Counted from the first letter of the stretch, positions 14,741-24,637 are shown. The stretch: DNA of 64,000 nucleotides from Candidatus Eiseniibacteriota bacterium (GCA_965224245.1 OZ245046.1:1952001-2016000); one strand, 5' to 3'. Notes: generated by a model from the letters alone, not told the origin. A program made the numbers and translations.

Positions 14741-16258
14741 TCACGATCCGGTGATCCGCCTCACGAGCCGCGCCATCGCGCGCGCCGTCGCGCGCGAAAT
14801 CGCGGCCCGCTCGTCGCGTCGAAGGAATCGCGGATTGGCGCCGACGAGCACGGCCCCGTGCAACGCGACCACGCCGAGGCGCGCCCAGAGCGGCGGCCCC
14901 GACGCGACCCAGCCGCTGCCGTGCGCGATCGACGCGATCACCGCCGTCACCGTACCGATCCACGCCACGCGTCCCCACTCGTACGGGATGGGTCGAATCC
15001 GCTGGCTGAACGCGGCCATCGTCACCGCCATGACGCCGTACGCGACGAACGTCGCGATCGCCGCCCCCTGGATTCCGATCCGGGGCACGGCGGTCAGGTT
15101 GATCCCGACGTTGACGGCCAGCGCGATGCCCAGCGTCACCGCCATGTACTCGGTCCGATCGGCCATCGAGACGCCGCTGTTCAGGACGAAGTACGCCATC
15201 GTGAAGACGTAGCCGAAGGCCACCCACGGAAGCACCGCGAGCCCGCCCTCGAAGCCCACCGGCGCGAACACCGAGAACAGCTCGTGGGCCAGCATCGACG
15301 CGGCGAGCGCGATGACCGCGGTACCGGCCACCACGTAGGTCAGGACCCGCGCGATCACCGACTCCCCCTCGGGACGCTTCACCACCGACCACATCAGCGC
15401 CGGCCACGCGAGCGTGAACGGCTGCACGACAAAGACGTGAATGAACTTCGCCAGCCGGTAGCTGACGTCGTAGACGCCCACGTCGGTCATCGAGACCAGA
15501 CGGGGCAGGATCCACCGGTCACCGGCCTCCAGGAGGAACGACCCGCACGACGCCAGCATGATCGGAAGCCCGAAGCGCACGAGGGCGCGCACGCGCTCCC
15601 GGCTCGCCATCCGTACGTGCCGCGCGATCGGAGCGGCCAGGACCGCGTAGATCGAGAGGGTCGCCACCGCGTTGCCCACGAGCACGCCCTTGACGCCCCA
15701 TCCGAGGCGAACGACCAGAAAGACGTTCAGCGCGAGGTTGATCGCGAACCTGAGAAGGCCCACGAGCACGAACACGCCCGAGCGCTCGTGAACCCGCAAG
15801 CGGGCGAGCGGAACGATGACGCCCACCTCGCCGAACACCGCCACCAGCGCCAGCAGAACGAGCGGGCCCGTGTCCGGCATGCGCGTGATCGCCTCACCCA
15901 GCGGATCGCGGAGCGCCGCCAGCGTGGCCAGCACGCCGAGCGTCACCAGCGTCAGGTAGGCGAACGCGCTCCCCAGGATGCGCCGCCTCTCCGCCTCGTC
16001 CTCGGCCGCGAAGGTGAACCGGAAGACGCCGCTGGCGATGCCCGTGTTCAGGACCGTCACCAGGAATCCCGCCGTGGTCGCGAGGACGCCGATCACCCCC
16101 AGCTCGGACTTGGTCAACAGGCGCGTGTAGACCGGAAGGAGCACGATCTGGACGAGTCGGTTGGCGAGGTTGCCCATGCCGTACGTGAACGCGTGGCGAA
16201 ACACGCGACGGAAGTGGTGGAATCCGACCTCGGTGGCGTCCGTCTCCGGCGTCGTCAC
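14741..16258 (-). CDS. wzx: Wzx-type polysaccharide/oligosaccharide flippase
   Basis: LLPVYTRLL...ELG, DRWIL...VGVYDVSYRLA, GAAIAT; about 12-14 TM helices. Confidence 0.88.
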   Translation of the reverse strand: MTTPETDATEVGFHHFRRVFRHAFTYGMGNLANRLVQIVLLPVYTRLLTKSELGVIGVLATTAGFLVTVLNTGIASGVFRFTFAAEDEAERRRILGSAFAYLTLVTLGVLATLAALRDPLGEAITRMPDTGPLVLLALVAVFGEVGVIVPLARLRVHERSGVFVLVGLLRFAINLALNVFLVVRLGWGVKGVLVGNAVATLSIYAVLAAPIARHVRMASRERVRALVRFGLPIMLASCGSFLLEAGDRWILPRLVSMTDVGVYDVSYRLAKFIHVFVVQPFTLAWPALMWSVVKRPEGESVIARVLTYVVAGTAVIALAASMLAHELFSVFAPVGFEGGLAVLPWVAFGYVFTMAYFVLNSGVSMADRTEYMAVTLGIALAVNVGINLTAVPRIGIQGAAIATFVAYGVMAVTMAAFSQRIRPIPYEWGRVAWIGTVTAVIASIAHGSGWVASGPPLWARLGVVALHGAVLVGANPRFLRRDERAAISRATARAMARLVRRITGS

Positions 16259-17577
16259 ACGTTCGCTCCGGCCCGCGCGGGCACCTTGCGTCCTCGGCGG
16301 TCGGCCCGGAGCCGGGCCACTACCGCGTGAACGCGGCGGGAGAACGCATCGCGATCGAACCCGTCGAGCACGCGCCGCCGTCCCCGTGCCCCCAGCTCAC
16401 GACGCCGCTGGTCGTCCTCGAGGAGAAGCACGAGCCGGCGGGCCAGATCGTCCGGCGACGTGGGATCGACGAGGTAGCCGGTCTCGCCGTCGGCCAGCGC
16501 GTCGGCCACGCCGCCGCTCGCCCCGCCCAGCACGGGCTTTCCCGCGGCCGCCGCCTCCAGGAGCACGATGCCGAAGCCCTCGACGTTCTGCCCGATCTGG
16601 CGGCTGGCCATCACGAAGACGTCGCACGTGGCGTAGAGCGCGGGGAGGTCGGCCGAGTCGACGTATCCCCCCAGGACGACGTGCCCGGTGAGCCCCGACG
16701 AGACGATCTGCGTCTCCAGCGCGCCTGCGCACTCGCCGGTCCCGGTGATCAGGAGCTTCGCGGATGGGACGCGCCGGATCACGTCCGCGAATGCGCGCAC
16801 GAGCACGTCGTTGCCTTTTCGCGGATCCAGACGCCCGTGCGACAGCACGACCGGGCCCGAGCCCAGACCGAAGCGCTCACGGAGCGCCGGGCTCGGCGAT
16901 GCCGAGACGAACGGTCGCGGATCGATCCCGGGCGCGGTCATGACGATGCGATCGCCCGGGACCCCGAGCCCCTCGACGAGCCGCCGCGTGTACGCACTGA
17001 CCGCCCCGACGGCGGACGCGCCCCGGAGCACGCGGCCCAGGAGCGCGCCGAGGCGCCGGGTCCTGCTCCACTCGAGAAGCTCCGCGGCGTGCGTGAACAC
17101 CCCGTACGGGATGCCGTGCCGCTCGCGCAGGAGCAGCGCTGGGATTCCCGATGCCAGGGCCGTGCCCGCGAGCGTCACCTCGGGTTGGACCGACGCGTCC
17201 AGCGCGGCGCACTGGGCCGCGGCCCGTTTGAGCATGTGACGGTTGGCCGACACGACCGCGATCGAGGCCATCGCCACGTTGCCCGGCGGCGCGGTGCTCC
17301 CGGACGCATCGACCGCGTGGACCCCTCGACGCAGGCGCGCCCACGCGTCGCGGTAGCCGATCGATCGCGCGACGTCGGGATGACGGAGGATGCGGAACGG
17401 AGCCTGCGCGTCGAACGCCTCGGCCCCCGCCACGTCGGGTGCGACGACCTCGACTCCCTCGGGCGCGAGGGCGGTGGCGACCTCGAGCATGTACGACTCG
17501 ACCCCACCGATCTGTGGCGGGAACGACGAGTTCAGGATCAAGATCGACACGGACGCCTCACCCGGACGGTCACCCAC
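16255..17577 (-). CDS. Glycosyltransferase family 4 (PimB-like)
   Basis: FPPQIGGVESY, GRLDPRKG and EGFGIVLLEAAAAGKPV. Confidence 0.92.
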   Translation of the reverse strand: MGDRPGEASVSILILNSSFPPQIGGVESYMLEVATALAPEGVEVVAPDVAGAEAFDAQAPFRILRHPDVARSIGYRDAWARLRRGVHAVDASGSTAPPGNVAMASIAVVSANRHMLKRAAAQCAALDASVQPEVTLAGTALASGIPALLLRERHGIPYGVFTHAAELLEWSRTRRLGALLGRVLRGASAVGAVSAYTRRLVEGLGVPGDRIVMTAPGIDPRPFVSASPSPALRERFGLGSGPVVLSHGRLDPRKGNDVLVRAFADVIRRVPSAKLLITGTGECAGALETQIVSSGLTGHVVLGGYVDSADLPALYATCDVFVMASRQIGQNVEGFGIVLLEAAAAGKPVLGGASGGVADALADGETGYLVDPTSPDDLARRLVLLLEDDQRRRELGARGRRRVLDGFDRDAFSRRVHAVVARLRADRRGRKVPARAGANV

Positions 17578-17600
17578 GAGCCTCGGTCACTCGGCGCGCG

Positions 17601-17609
17601 AGTATAGCA
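17601..17609 (-). promoter_or_regulatory. Extended -10 promoter element (TGCTATACT) for the GT4-wzx-GT-C cassette
   Basis: TGnTATACT about 25 nt upstream of the GT4 start; no clear -35. Confidence 0.5.
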
Positions 17610-17694
17610 ACGGGCGAGCGCGCGTGCGCGCTGCAAGAACGGCATCGCACGGCGCGGCCGCCGTCACGGCCGCGCCCCGTCGTGTTGCTCGATC

Positions 17695-18825
17695 CTACCG
17701 CGCGGCGACGACCGTTCCGGTCGGCCAGTTGATCGTCCCGACCGTCCACCGGCTGCCGTTGGTGATCGCCCGCGGCCCGAAGGCCCCGATCCGGTTGCCG
17801 TCGAAGAACATCTCGACCCAGGCGTTCGAGGGACCGTTGCCGTGATCGGAGTAGTAGTGCACGGTCACCGCGTAGTCGCCCGCGTTGGTCGGCGTCACGT
17901 AGATGTTCTCCGGTCCGTAGCCGTCGACGTCGTCGACGTCGAGGATCGGGTTGCCGACCGCGCCGGCTTCGCCCCAGTCCAGCGTGCCGCCGGGACAGTT
18001 GGCGAAGTAGCAGTCGGTCTCGGCGCTCCCGTACGCTCCCCCGGGCTCCACCAGGTGGAGGTCCACGTCGGTCTGGTCGGTGTCCCAGTGCAGCTGCACG
18101 CGGATTCCCGCCTCGGTGCAGTTGGTGCGATCCACGTCGGTGCGATAGAAGGAACGCCCCTGGTCGTTCCGGAAGAACACGACCAGGCGCTGCCCCCCGC
18201 AGAAGAGCGGAACGTCCTGCTCGTACGCCCCGCCCGCGGCGATCAGGCGTCCCTGCGAACGAACCCACGCCCCGTCGTCGATGATCGCCCAGTAGCCGTC
18301 GCTGGCGCCGGTCACGGTGCCGGTGATGCGGATCTTCGTCGTGGTCGAGTCCACCACCTGGGAGAGCGGCATCGTGGAGTCGATCACGGGCTCGCCGGCG
18401 TCGCCGTTGAAGCCCTGACCGAGGCCGTCGGGGGCCCGGAGCTGGAAGAGAGCGGTGCTCGACGCGCTTCTCCATCCGGAGCGATCGGAGACCGACACGA
18501 CGCCGCTGGAGGCGTACGCCGGGATGACCGCGGTGAGCGCCGTTTCGCTGGCCTCGAGGATGGTCGCGGTGGCCCCGCCGATTCGCAGGACGTTGGCCTC
18601 CGGGTCGGCGGAGAAGCCGAACCCGGTCACCCGCAGCGTGTCGCCGGCGAGTCCGCGAGGAGGCGTGAAGTCGTCGAGCCCGATCGGATCGAGGTCGGTG
18701 CCTCCGCCGAGGTCGGGACGCTCGGGAACGGTCGGATCGTCGCACCCGAGCCCCATGACCAGCACCACGAGCCCCGCGGCGGCGGCCGTGAAGCGCACGC
18801 GGCGCGGCACGTCGACTGAGTTCAT
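17695..18825 (-). CDS. Lipoprotein with IPT/TIG domain and YfaP/DUF2135-like C-terminal domain
   Basis: True start MNSVDVPRR with AAGGAG SD; lipobox LGC. IPT segment FTPPRGLAGDTLRVTGFGF. YfaP-type IRVQLHWDTDQTDVDLHLVEP...LDVDDVDGYGPENI. Confidence 0.85.
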   Translation of the reverse strand: MNSVDVPRRVRFTAAAAGLVVLVMGLGCDDPTVPERPDLGGGTDLDPIGLDDFTPPRGLAGDTLRVTGFGFSADPEANVLRIGGATATILEASETALTAVIPAYASSGVVSVSDRSGWRSASSTALFQLRAPDGLGQGFNGDAGEPVIDSTMPLSQVVDSTTTKIRITGTVTGASDGYWAIIDDGAWVRSQGRLIAAGGAYEQDVPLFCGGQRLVVFFRNDQGRSFYRTDVDRTNCTEAGIRVQLHWDTDQTDVDLHLVEPGGAYGSAETDCYFANCPGGTLDWGEAGAVGNPILDVDDVDGYGPENIYVTPTNAGDYAVTVHYYSDHGNGPSNAWVEMFFDGNRIGAFGPRAITNGSRWTVGTINWPTGTVVAAR

Positions 18826-19224
18826 CGTTTGACACTCCTTGAACACGACGGTGGGCGGCGCCGTCGGGGCGACATCCCGTGAATCTCGGATCCTCGCGTC
18901 GGGCGCGCCCGGGGATCCATGCCCGGTCTCGTTCTGCGCGGCGCGTGGCTGCCACGTGACGCGAGGGTCACCGTCCAAAAAGATCGGACGGCACGGCGTT
19001 CGAATGGCGCGAGAGCATCGGCGAGCGCGCGACGCGGCCGAAACGAGCCAGTGCCCGGAATGTCGACGGTCTCGACCCGGCCGGTTGCAACCCGCGTGCG
19101 TCGCCGGTTGCGGGCCGGGCGGCCGGACCCCATCATGTCGCCGTCCGGGAACACCACCGCCGCCGGCCCGGCGCGAGCCCTCGGCGCCGGACCGTCCTGT
19201 CGGGGAACTCGAGGAGGATCGAGG

Positions 19225-20478
19225 ATGCACGCACGCACTTGGACCGCCCTGGCTCTCGCCGTCACCGTCGGGTGTGCCGGCCACGTGGACGTCGCCCCCG
19301 TTTTCCAGGAGTTCGATCGCTACGCGAGCGACCTCGAGGCGCTCGGCCCCACCGGCGACGCCTCCCGTGAGCTCGACGCCGGACGCCAGAAGCGCGCCCA
19401 GGCCGAAGCGCTCGTGGCCGACGGGAAGGACGAGCGCGCCCGGCGCGTGGCCGAGCGCGCCGTGATCGACGCCCGCGTCGCGCTGGCCGCGCAGAGCCTC
19501 GGGGTCGCGTCCGCCCGGGCCGATGCGTGCCGGCTCGAGACCGAGCGGGCCCACGAGCGGTGGCGGGACGCCGCGTATCAGCTCGAGCAGACCGAGGGCT
19601 TCATCGGGAAGAAGGCGACCCTCACCGCCGATCCGCCCGAGATGCGTCCGCGTCCCCCGGAGCTTCCGGCGCCCATGCCAGCCGACGAGGCCCCCGTCCC
19701 GCCGACCGAGGCGCCCGCCGAGCGCTTTGACGAGTGGCACCGCACGGCGCGAGAGCTTGGCGTGCCGACCGCCGATCTGGAGCACGCGTTTCACGAGGCA
19801 GAGGCCGCGCTGAGGGCGAAGGACGTCTCGGTCGAGGAGGCCGAGCACCAAATCTACGTCGCGGCGGGCGTCGTGCGGACCCTCGAGCGCCGGGTGCGCA
19901 CCGAGGTCGCCGAGCGCGTGTGCCCGGACGAGGCCCGCCGCGCGGGGCTCCTGGCCGACGCGCGGGCCGATGCCTTGCGCGCGACCGTCGAGCTGGAGCG
20001 AGGCCTTCGGGGTGACCTCCGGCGCGAGCTCGACCGGCTCCGCGAAGAGGCCACGTCCCGCCAGGACGAGCTCTACGACGCGCTCAGCCAGATGGAAGGC
20101 GAGTTCGCCCGGATCCGGCGTGACGCGCGGGGCACGATCGTGAGCCTGGCCGACATCCTGTTCGACTTCGACGAGGCCACACTGCGACGCAACGTCGAGT
20201 TCAACCTGGTCAAGATCGCCACCATCCTGAACCAGTTCGGCGAGATGAACATCGTCGTCGAGGGACACACCGACAGCATCGGGACCGACGCGTACAACCT
20301 GGATCTCTTGAAGCGCCGCGCAAAAGCGGTCTACGACTTTCTCGTGTCCCAGGGCGTCGTCGAGTCCCGCCTGAGCTGGGACGGGTTCGGCGAGGCACGC
20401 CCCGTGGCCGGCAACGAGACCGAGGAGGGGCGGCAGAGCAACCGGCGGGTGGATCTGGTCATCCAGGACGGGTCGTGA
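19225..20478 (+). CDS. OmpA-family peptidoglycan-binding lipoprotein with N-terminal coiled coil (DUF4398-like)
   Basis: Start MHARTWTALALAVTVGC (lipobox, GAGGAGG SD). OmpA_C motifs ILFDFDEATL, VEGHTDSIG..YNLDL..RRA and NRRVDL. Confidence 0.92.
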   Translation: MHARTWTALALAVTVGCAGHVDVAPVFQEFDRYASDLEALGPTGDASRELDAGRQKRAQAEALVADGKDERARRVAERAVIDARVALAAQSLGVASARADACRLETERAHERWRDAAYQLEQTEGFIGKKATLTADPPEMRPRPPELPAPMPADEAPVPPTEAPAERFDEWHRTARELGVPTADLEHAFHEAEAALRAKDVSVEEAEHQIYVAAGVVRTLERRVRTEVAERVCPDEARRAGLLADARADALRATVELERGLRGDLRRELDRLREEATSRQDELYDALSQMEGEFARIRRDARGTIVSLADILFDFDEATLRRNVEFNLVKIATILNQFGEMNIVVEGHTDSIGTDAYNLDLLKRRAKAVYDFLVSQGVVESRLSWDGFGEARPVAGNETEEGRQSNRRVDLVIQDGS

Positions 20479-20673
20479 TGCCGGGACGGGTCCCGGGCGC
20501 GACGTGCCGGGCATCGCCACCACGCGGCGAGATCCGGGAGCACATCGTGCGCGCGTCCCCGGTGGGGCTCGTCGACGCAGAGCCGGCCGCGGGGCACGGG
20601 ATCCGGAAGGGTCATCCGTCACCCGTACCCCGCGTTCCCATCGGCACACACCGGGTGGCGCGCGCCCGGGACG

Positions 20674-23600
20674 TCACTCGACGAGGAGGAGCTTCCCTGT
20701 CGAGACGCCGTGTGCATGCTCCAGCCTGACGAGGTACATGCCGGGCGCGACGCGGGCCCCGGCATCATCTCGTCCGTCCCAGCTCCAGCGTCGCCGTCCC
20801 ACGTCGAGATGCCCATCGTGCAGCGTCGTGACCTCCCGTCCGCCGACGTCGAACACACGGACGGTGGCGGGTCCCGGCGTCGGGATCTCGACCTCCAGGG
20901 CGGTGCGTGCGCTGAACGGGTTCGGCGTCGCGACCATGGACGGCACGACGGGCGCCACCGGCGAGGTCGGCGCTGCCAGAAGGTCCTCGGGTCCCACGAA
21001 GCGCCCGAAGATCTCGACGTCCCCGTCGACCCATGGGTACTCGTGCGAATCGCCTTGCCAGGCTACGAGGAACGTGCCGGGATGCGACGGACGGGGAATC
21101 GCAGGCCGCTGGCCGGCGTACTGCGGCTGACCCAACCCACCCATCAAGCTGATGTGGGTGCTCGACCCGAGCATTGACCGCCCCGACACGTCGAGGGACT
21201 GGCCCAGGATCTCGGACCCTTCGAACAGGTCGTCTTCGTCCCACACCACGAGCGCCTCGTCCGCATACGCGGAGTAGCCGATCGCCACCCTGTACACGAT
21301 GAAGCGCGTATCCCGCACGACGATCTCCGGGCCGTCGGGTAGCCCGCTCACGGCGTCCACGAACTGCGCCCAGACCCGGTATCTGCCACCGTGCCGCGTG
21401 GTCCAGGCCACGATGTGCGCGTCGTGACCGGGAACGAAGACCGCGTCGAGGTCGAAGAGCCCGGCACCGGCGTCGCCGGTGTCGGTGATCCGCACGTTGC
21501 CGCCGATCGGCGCCGCGGTGGTGGCATCGAGCCGCTGGCCGTACACCTCGGGCCAGTCGGGGCTGAACACGTCGGAGATCCAGGTGACGAGGTAGAACCC
21601 GTTCGTGGAGTCATACGTGATCTGAGGGCGCTCACCGTCCGGATCCACGGCCTCATCGGATCCCGAGAAGCTGATCCGGGATTGCGGGCCGAGATCACCG
21701 GTCGCGGACAGTCTCCGGCCATGGATCTCGTACTTGGTCGGGGTGTCGTTCGCGCCTTGCCAGACCACGTAGAACTCCCGGTCGCCCGAGTTGTACGCGA
21801 CCGACGGGTGGGTTGCGTGGTAGTCCGGATCGTCCGCACCCATCTCACTGATCCGAATGGTGTCGGTCAGCGGATCGCCCTGCGCATCGAGAATGCGACC
21901 GAAGATCTCCGGCTTCGTCGCCACCCGCTCGTCGTTCATCCAGATCACCGCGTACACGCCGTCGTCGGGGTCGTGGGTGACCGAGGGCCTGTGCGCCCCC
22001 CAGACACCGATGCCGTCCGAGATCTGAAACGCCGGGCCGATGGGGTCCCGGGTCGTGCCATCGATCCGCTGTCCCCACAGTAGAAATCCGCCCCAGGACT
22101 CCGGCCCTCCGGCCCACACGACGAGATACTCGCGGTCGACGGCGTTGTAGGCCGAAGCGGCACGGATGGCGTTGACGTTTTGGCCGAGAGATCCCATCGT
22201 GCTGATCACGGTGGGGGTGTCATCCAGCTCTCCGGACGTGGCGTCGATGCCGAGGCCGAACACCTCGTCGTCGCCGCTGGCCTGATAGCCGACGTCCGAC
22301 TGCCCCTGCCAGACGATCTGGACACGCTCCGGGCCCGCGGCGTAGGCGGCGACCGGAACACGCTGCCGGTAGTCGGTCGAGCCGTCGGGACCCATCGTGC
22401 TCAGCCGCAGATCCCCGCCGATCTCGGCCCCGAGTCCGTCCAGCCCCTGGCCGAAGATCTCTCGGTCGTCGTTCACGAGCGTGCCCGTGTCGTCGTCGCC
22501 GGACCAGACGACCAGGTAGCGATCGACCGGCGGAGCATAGATGACCGACGGGTAGTCGAAGGCGTCGTACGACGGGTCGCCATCGGGTCCCATGTCGCTG
22601 ATGCGGGATTCGGTCCCGATCCCGGCGAGGTCCGAGTCGAGTCGAAGGGCGAAGATCTCGTACTCGTCGTCGGCGAGGGACCCCTCACCGGGATCCGCAC
22701 GGAACACGACGAGATACTCACCCGCGCTGGGGTTGTAGGTCACGTCGACCGACGTCGCGTCGGCCTGCGGGGCACCATCGACCCCGACGTGCGTGAGACG
22801 CTCGTTGACGCCCACCAGAGCCCCCGTCCCGCCCGCGATGCGCTGCCCGAACACCTCCCGCTCGCCGGGTACGAGCGGTGGCGTGTCGTCGGTCCCGATC
22901 CAGACGGCGAGGAACAGGTTGAGGTCGGGATCGTAGGTGAGGGCGGGTCGCACGGCATCGAAGGCAGGATCGAGGTCCGGGCCCTGTTGGCTGATGGCGA
23001 AGTCGACGCCGATCTCGGCCGCCGAGGTTCCGTCGAGGCGCTGTCCGAAGATCTCGAACTCGTCGTCACCGACGAAGTGACCGTCGTCACCGGACCAGAT
23101 GACGAGGTACTCGTTGTCGATCGGGTCGTGCTCGACCGCGGGCCGTATCGCCGCGAAGCGGGTGATGCCGTCGTTTCCCATGTCGCTGATCCGGAAGCTG
23201 GTCCCGATGAGCTCCCCGGTCGCCGCGAGGATGCGCTGGCCCATGATCTCGAACTCGTCGAGGGCCAGCTCGTCGCTCGACCACACCACCAGAAACTCGT
23301 CCTCGAGCACGTTGTAGACGACGTCGGGATGGTCTGCTCGCGAGCCGGTGGGCCACGTGTCGCTGATCCGGAACTGCGGGGCCACCGGATCTCCCGTCGT
23401 GGCGTCGACGAGACGACCCCAGATGTTGAACTCCTCGTCGGCGCCGGTGCCGTCGTCGTCGCCGTACCAGACGACGAGGAACCTGGCGCGCGAAGCGTCC
23501 AGCGCGATGGCCGGGTCACGTCCGTCCGAGAGATGATCGGCGCCCATGTAGCTGATGGGAAACATCTCGGCCTCGATGACCGGGTCGATGAGGATCGGCA

Positions 23601-24222
23601 GCGTCGCGCGGGCGAGCACGTCGCCCGCGATCACGATGGACGTCTCCGTGGCGGAGACGAGGAGGTCCGCGGCGATCACGTTCCCGTCACCGTCGAAGGC
23701 GGTCACGTCTCCCAGCGAGACGCCCGACCCCTGGGCTCTCCACGCCCATCCCGAGCTCGTCGTGCGAAACGACGCGTCGCTGCCGACGCGACCGCGGATC
23801 ACGAGGTCGCCGGCCGCCGGCGTGTCGTGCAGGACGAACCGCTGCTCGATGGCCGTTCCCCCGAGCACGTACTCCTCGGTCACGACACCCCGTGCGTACT
23901 CGACCCGGTCTTCGATCGGCACCGGCACGACGGGTGCCGCATCGGCCAGGATCTCGTCGCCCATGGTGCAGTCGAGGAACGACCAGCTCCAGGTCAGCGC
24001 GCTGCCCTGGGGAGAGAACGAGAGACCGGCGCTCGAGAAGACCGCGTCGTGGAACCGGGTGCTGACGTCGATCCCGTCACGGGGCGACGGCGCCTCCACC
24101 GGCACGTCGATCACGGGGTTCGGGGATGGAGGACTCGACGAGCCCGCGAGTCCGCGCAGGACGAGCAGGGCCGCGATGACCACTGCCCCGCGCACCGCGG
24201 GTCCAGATCGTGGGGGTCTCAT
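20674..24222 (-). CDS. Large secreted repeat protein (14 beta-propeller-like repeats) with FlgD-Ig/T9SS-like C-terminal domain
   Basis: Signal peptide; 14 repeats of consensus PxVxY..xxEYLVVW..D....EIFGQRLD..G..IG..FRIS; CTD TPNPFS...VFDVGGREV...WDGRDDAGARVAPGMYLVRL. AGGAG SD. Confidence 0.85.
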   Translation of the reverse strand: MRPPRSGPAVRGAVVIAALLVLRGLAGSSSPPSPNPVIDVPVEAPSPRDGIDVSTRFHDAVFSSAGLSFSPQGSALTWSWSFLDCTMGDEILADAAPVVPVPIEDRVEYARGVVTEEYVLGGTAIEQRFVLHDTPAAGDLVIRGRVGSDASFRTTSSGWAWRAQGSGVSLGDVTAFDGDGNVIAADLLVSATETSIVIAGDVLARATLPILIDPVIEAEMFPISYMGADHLSDGRDPAIALDASRARFLVVWYGDDDGTGADEEFNIWGRLVDATTGDPVAPQFRISDTWPTGSRADHPDVVYNVLEDEFLVVWSSDELALDEFEIMGQRILAATGELIGTSFRISDMGNDGITRFAAIRPAVEHDPIDNEYLVIWSGDDGHFVGDDEFEIFGQRLDGTSAAEIGVDFAISQQGPDLDPAFDAVRPALTYDPDLNLFLAVWIGTDDTPPLVPGEREVFGQRIAGGTGALVGVNERLTHVGVDGAPQADATSVDVTYNPSAGEYLVVFRADPGEGSLADDEYEIFALRLDSDLAGIGTESRISDMGPDGDPSYDAFDYPSVIYAPPVDRYLVVWSGDDDTGTLVNDDREIFGQGLDGLGAEIGGDLRLSTMGPDGSTDYRQRVPVAAYAAGPERVQIVWQGQSDVGYQASGDDEVFGLGIDATSGELDDTPTVISTMGSLGQNVNAIRAASAYNAVDREYLVVWAGGPESWGGFLLWGQRIDGTTRDPIGPAFQISDGIGVWGAHRPSVTHDPDDGVYAVIWMNDERVATKPEIFGRILDAQGDPLTDTIRISEMGADDPDYHATHPSVAYNSGDREFYVVWQGANDTPTKYEIHGRRLSATGDLGPQSRISFSGSDEAVDPDGERPQITYDSTNGFYLVTWISDVFSPDWPEVYGQRLDATTAAPIGGNVRITDTGDAGAGLFDLDAVFVPGHDAHIVAWTTRHGGRYRVWAQFVDAVSGLPDGPEIVVRDTRFIVYRVAIGYSAYADEALVVWDEDDLFEGSEILGQSLDVSGRSMLGSSTHISLMGGLGQPQYAGQRPAIPRPSHPGTFLVAWQGDSHEYPWVDGDVEIFGRFVGPEDLLAAPTSPVAPVVPSMVATPNPFSARTALEVEIPTPGPATVRVFDVGGREVTTLHDGHLDVGRRRWSWDGRDDAGARVAPGMYLVRLEHAHGVSTGKLLLVE

Positions 24223-24487
24223 GACAAGCTCCTGTCGATGAGGGACGTGACGGGATGCGGCGATGCGCCGACATCCGCTCTCACGCGAGACCCCGCAAGA
24301 TGAGGGCGAAACCCTTCACGAGAAGCGCCCGTCGGGTGCCATGCCGTCGCGCGTCCCTCACGACGTACGGGCTGGAGCGCGCCGCGGAGGGCGCGGCGGT
24401 TTCGGGGCCAGAGGCCAGACCCCGAGTGGCAGGAGGAAGAGGGAGGACGGAATCGACCGGTCGAGGGGACGCTCGAGGGGTGCAAGC

Positions 24488-24577
24488 TGGTGCCGGGACC
24501 GGGAATCGAACCCGGACGGCCCTAGTGGGGCCAGCGGATTTTAAGTCCGCTGCGTCTACCAGTTCCGCCATCCCGGC
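24488..24577 (-). tRNA. tRNA-Leu (anticodon TAA)
   Basis: GCCGGGATGGCGGAACTGGTAGACGCAGCGGACTTAAAATCCGCTGGCCCCACTAGGGCCGTCCGGGTTCGATTCCCGGTCCCGGCACCA; long variable arm, encoded CCA. Confidence 0.97.
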
Positions 24578-24591
24578 GCGGAGACCGCGTG

Positions 24592-24620
24592 AGGCTACCG
24601 CGAGGACGTACGAAACCCAA
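24592..24620 (-). promoter_or_regulatory. Putative promoter for tRNA-Leu (TTGGGT-N17-TAGCCT)
   Basis: Correct spacing, 15-43 nt upstream of the tRNA 5' end. Confidence 0.45.
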
Positions 24621-24637
24621 GCAGGCGTGGGGGTGGG

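Noticed and set aside
18826-20649. N-terminal 608 aa of the 984-aa ORF 17695-20649
   Set aside because: It is antisense to the OmpA gene. The real start is at 18825, with an SD and a lipoprotein signal.
24290-24345. Possible c-di-GMP riboswitch (AGGGCGAAACCCT) or sigma54 promoter (TGGCAC-N5-GGGC) upstream of the repeat protein
   Set aside because: The GAAA hairpin is on the non-coding strand and lacks the second GEMM stem. The sigma54 -12 element lacks TTGC.
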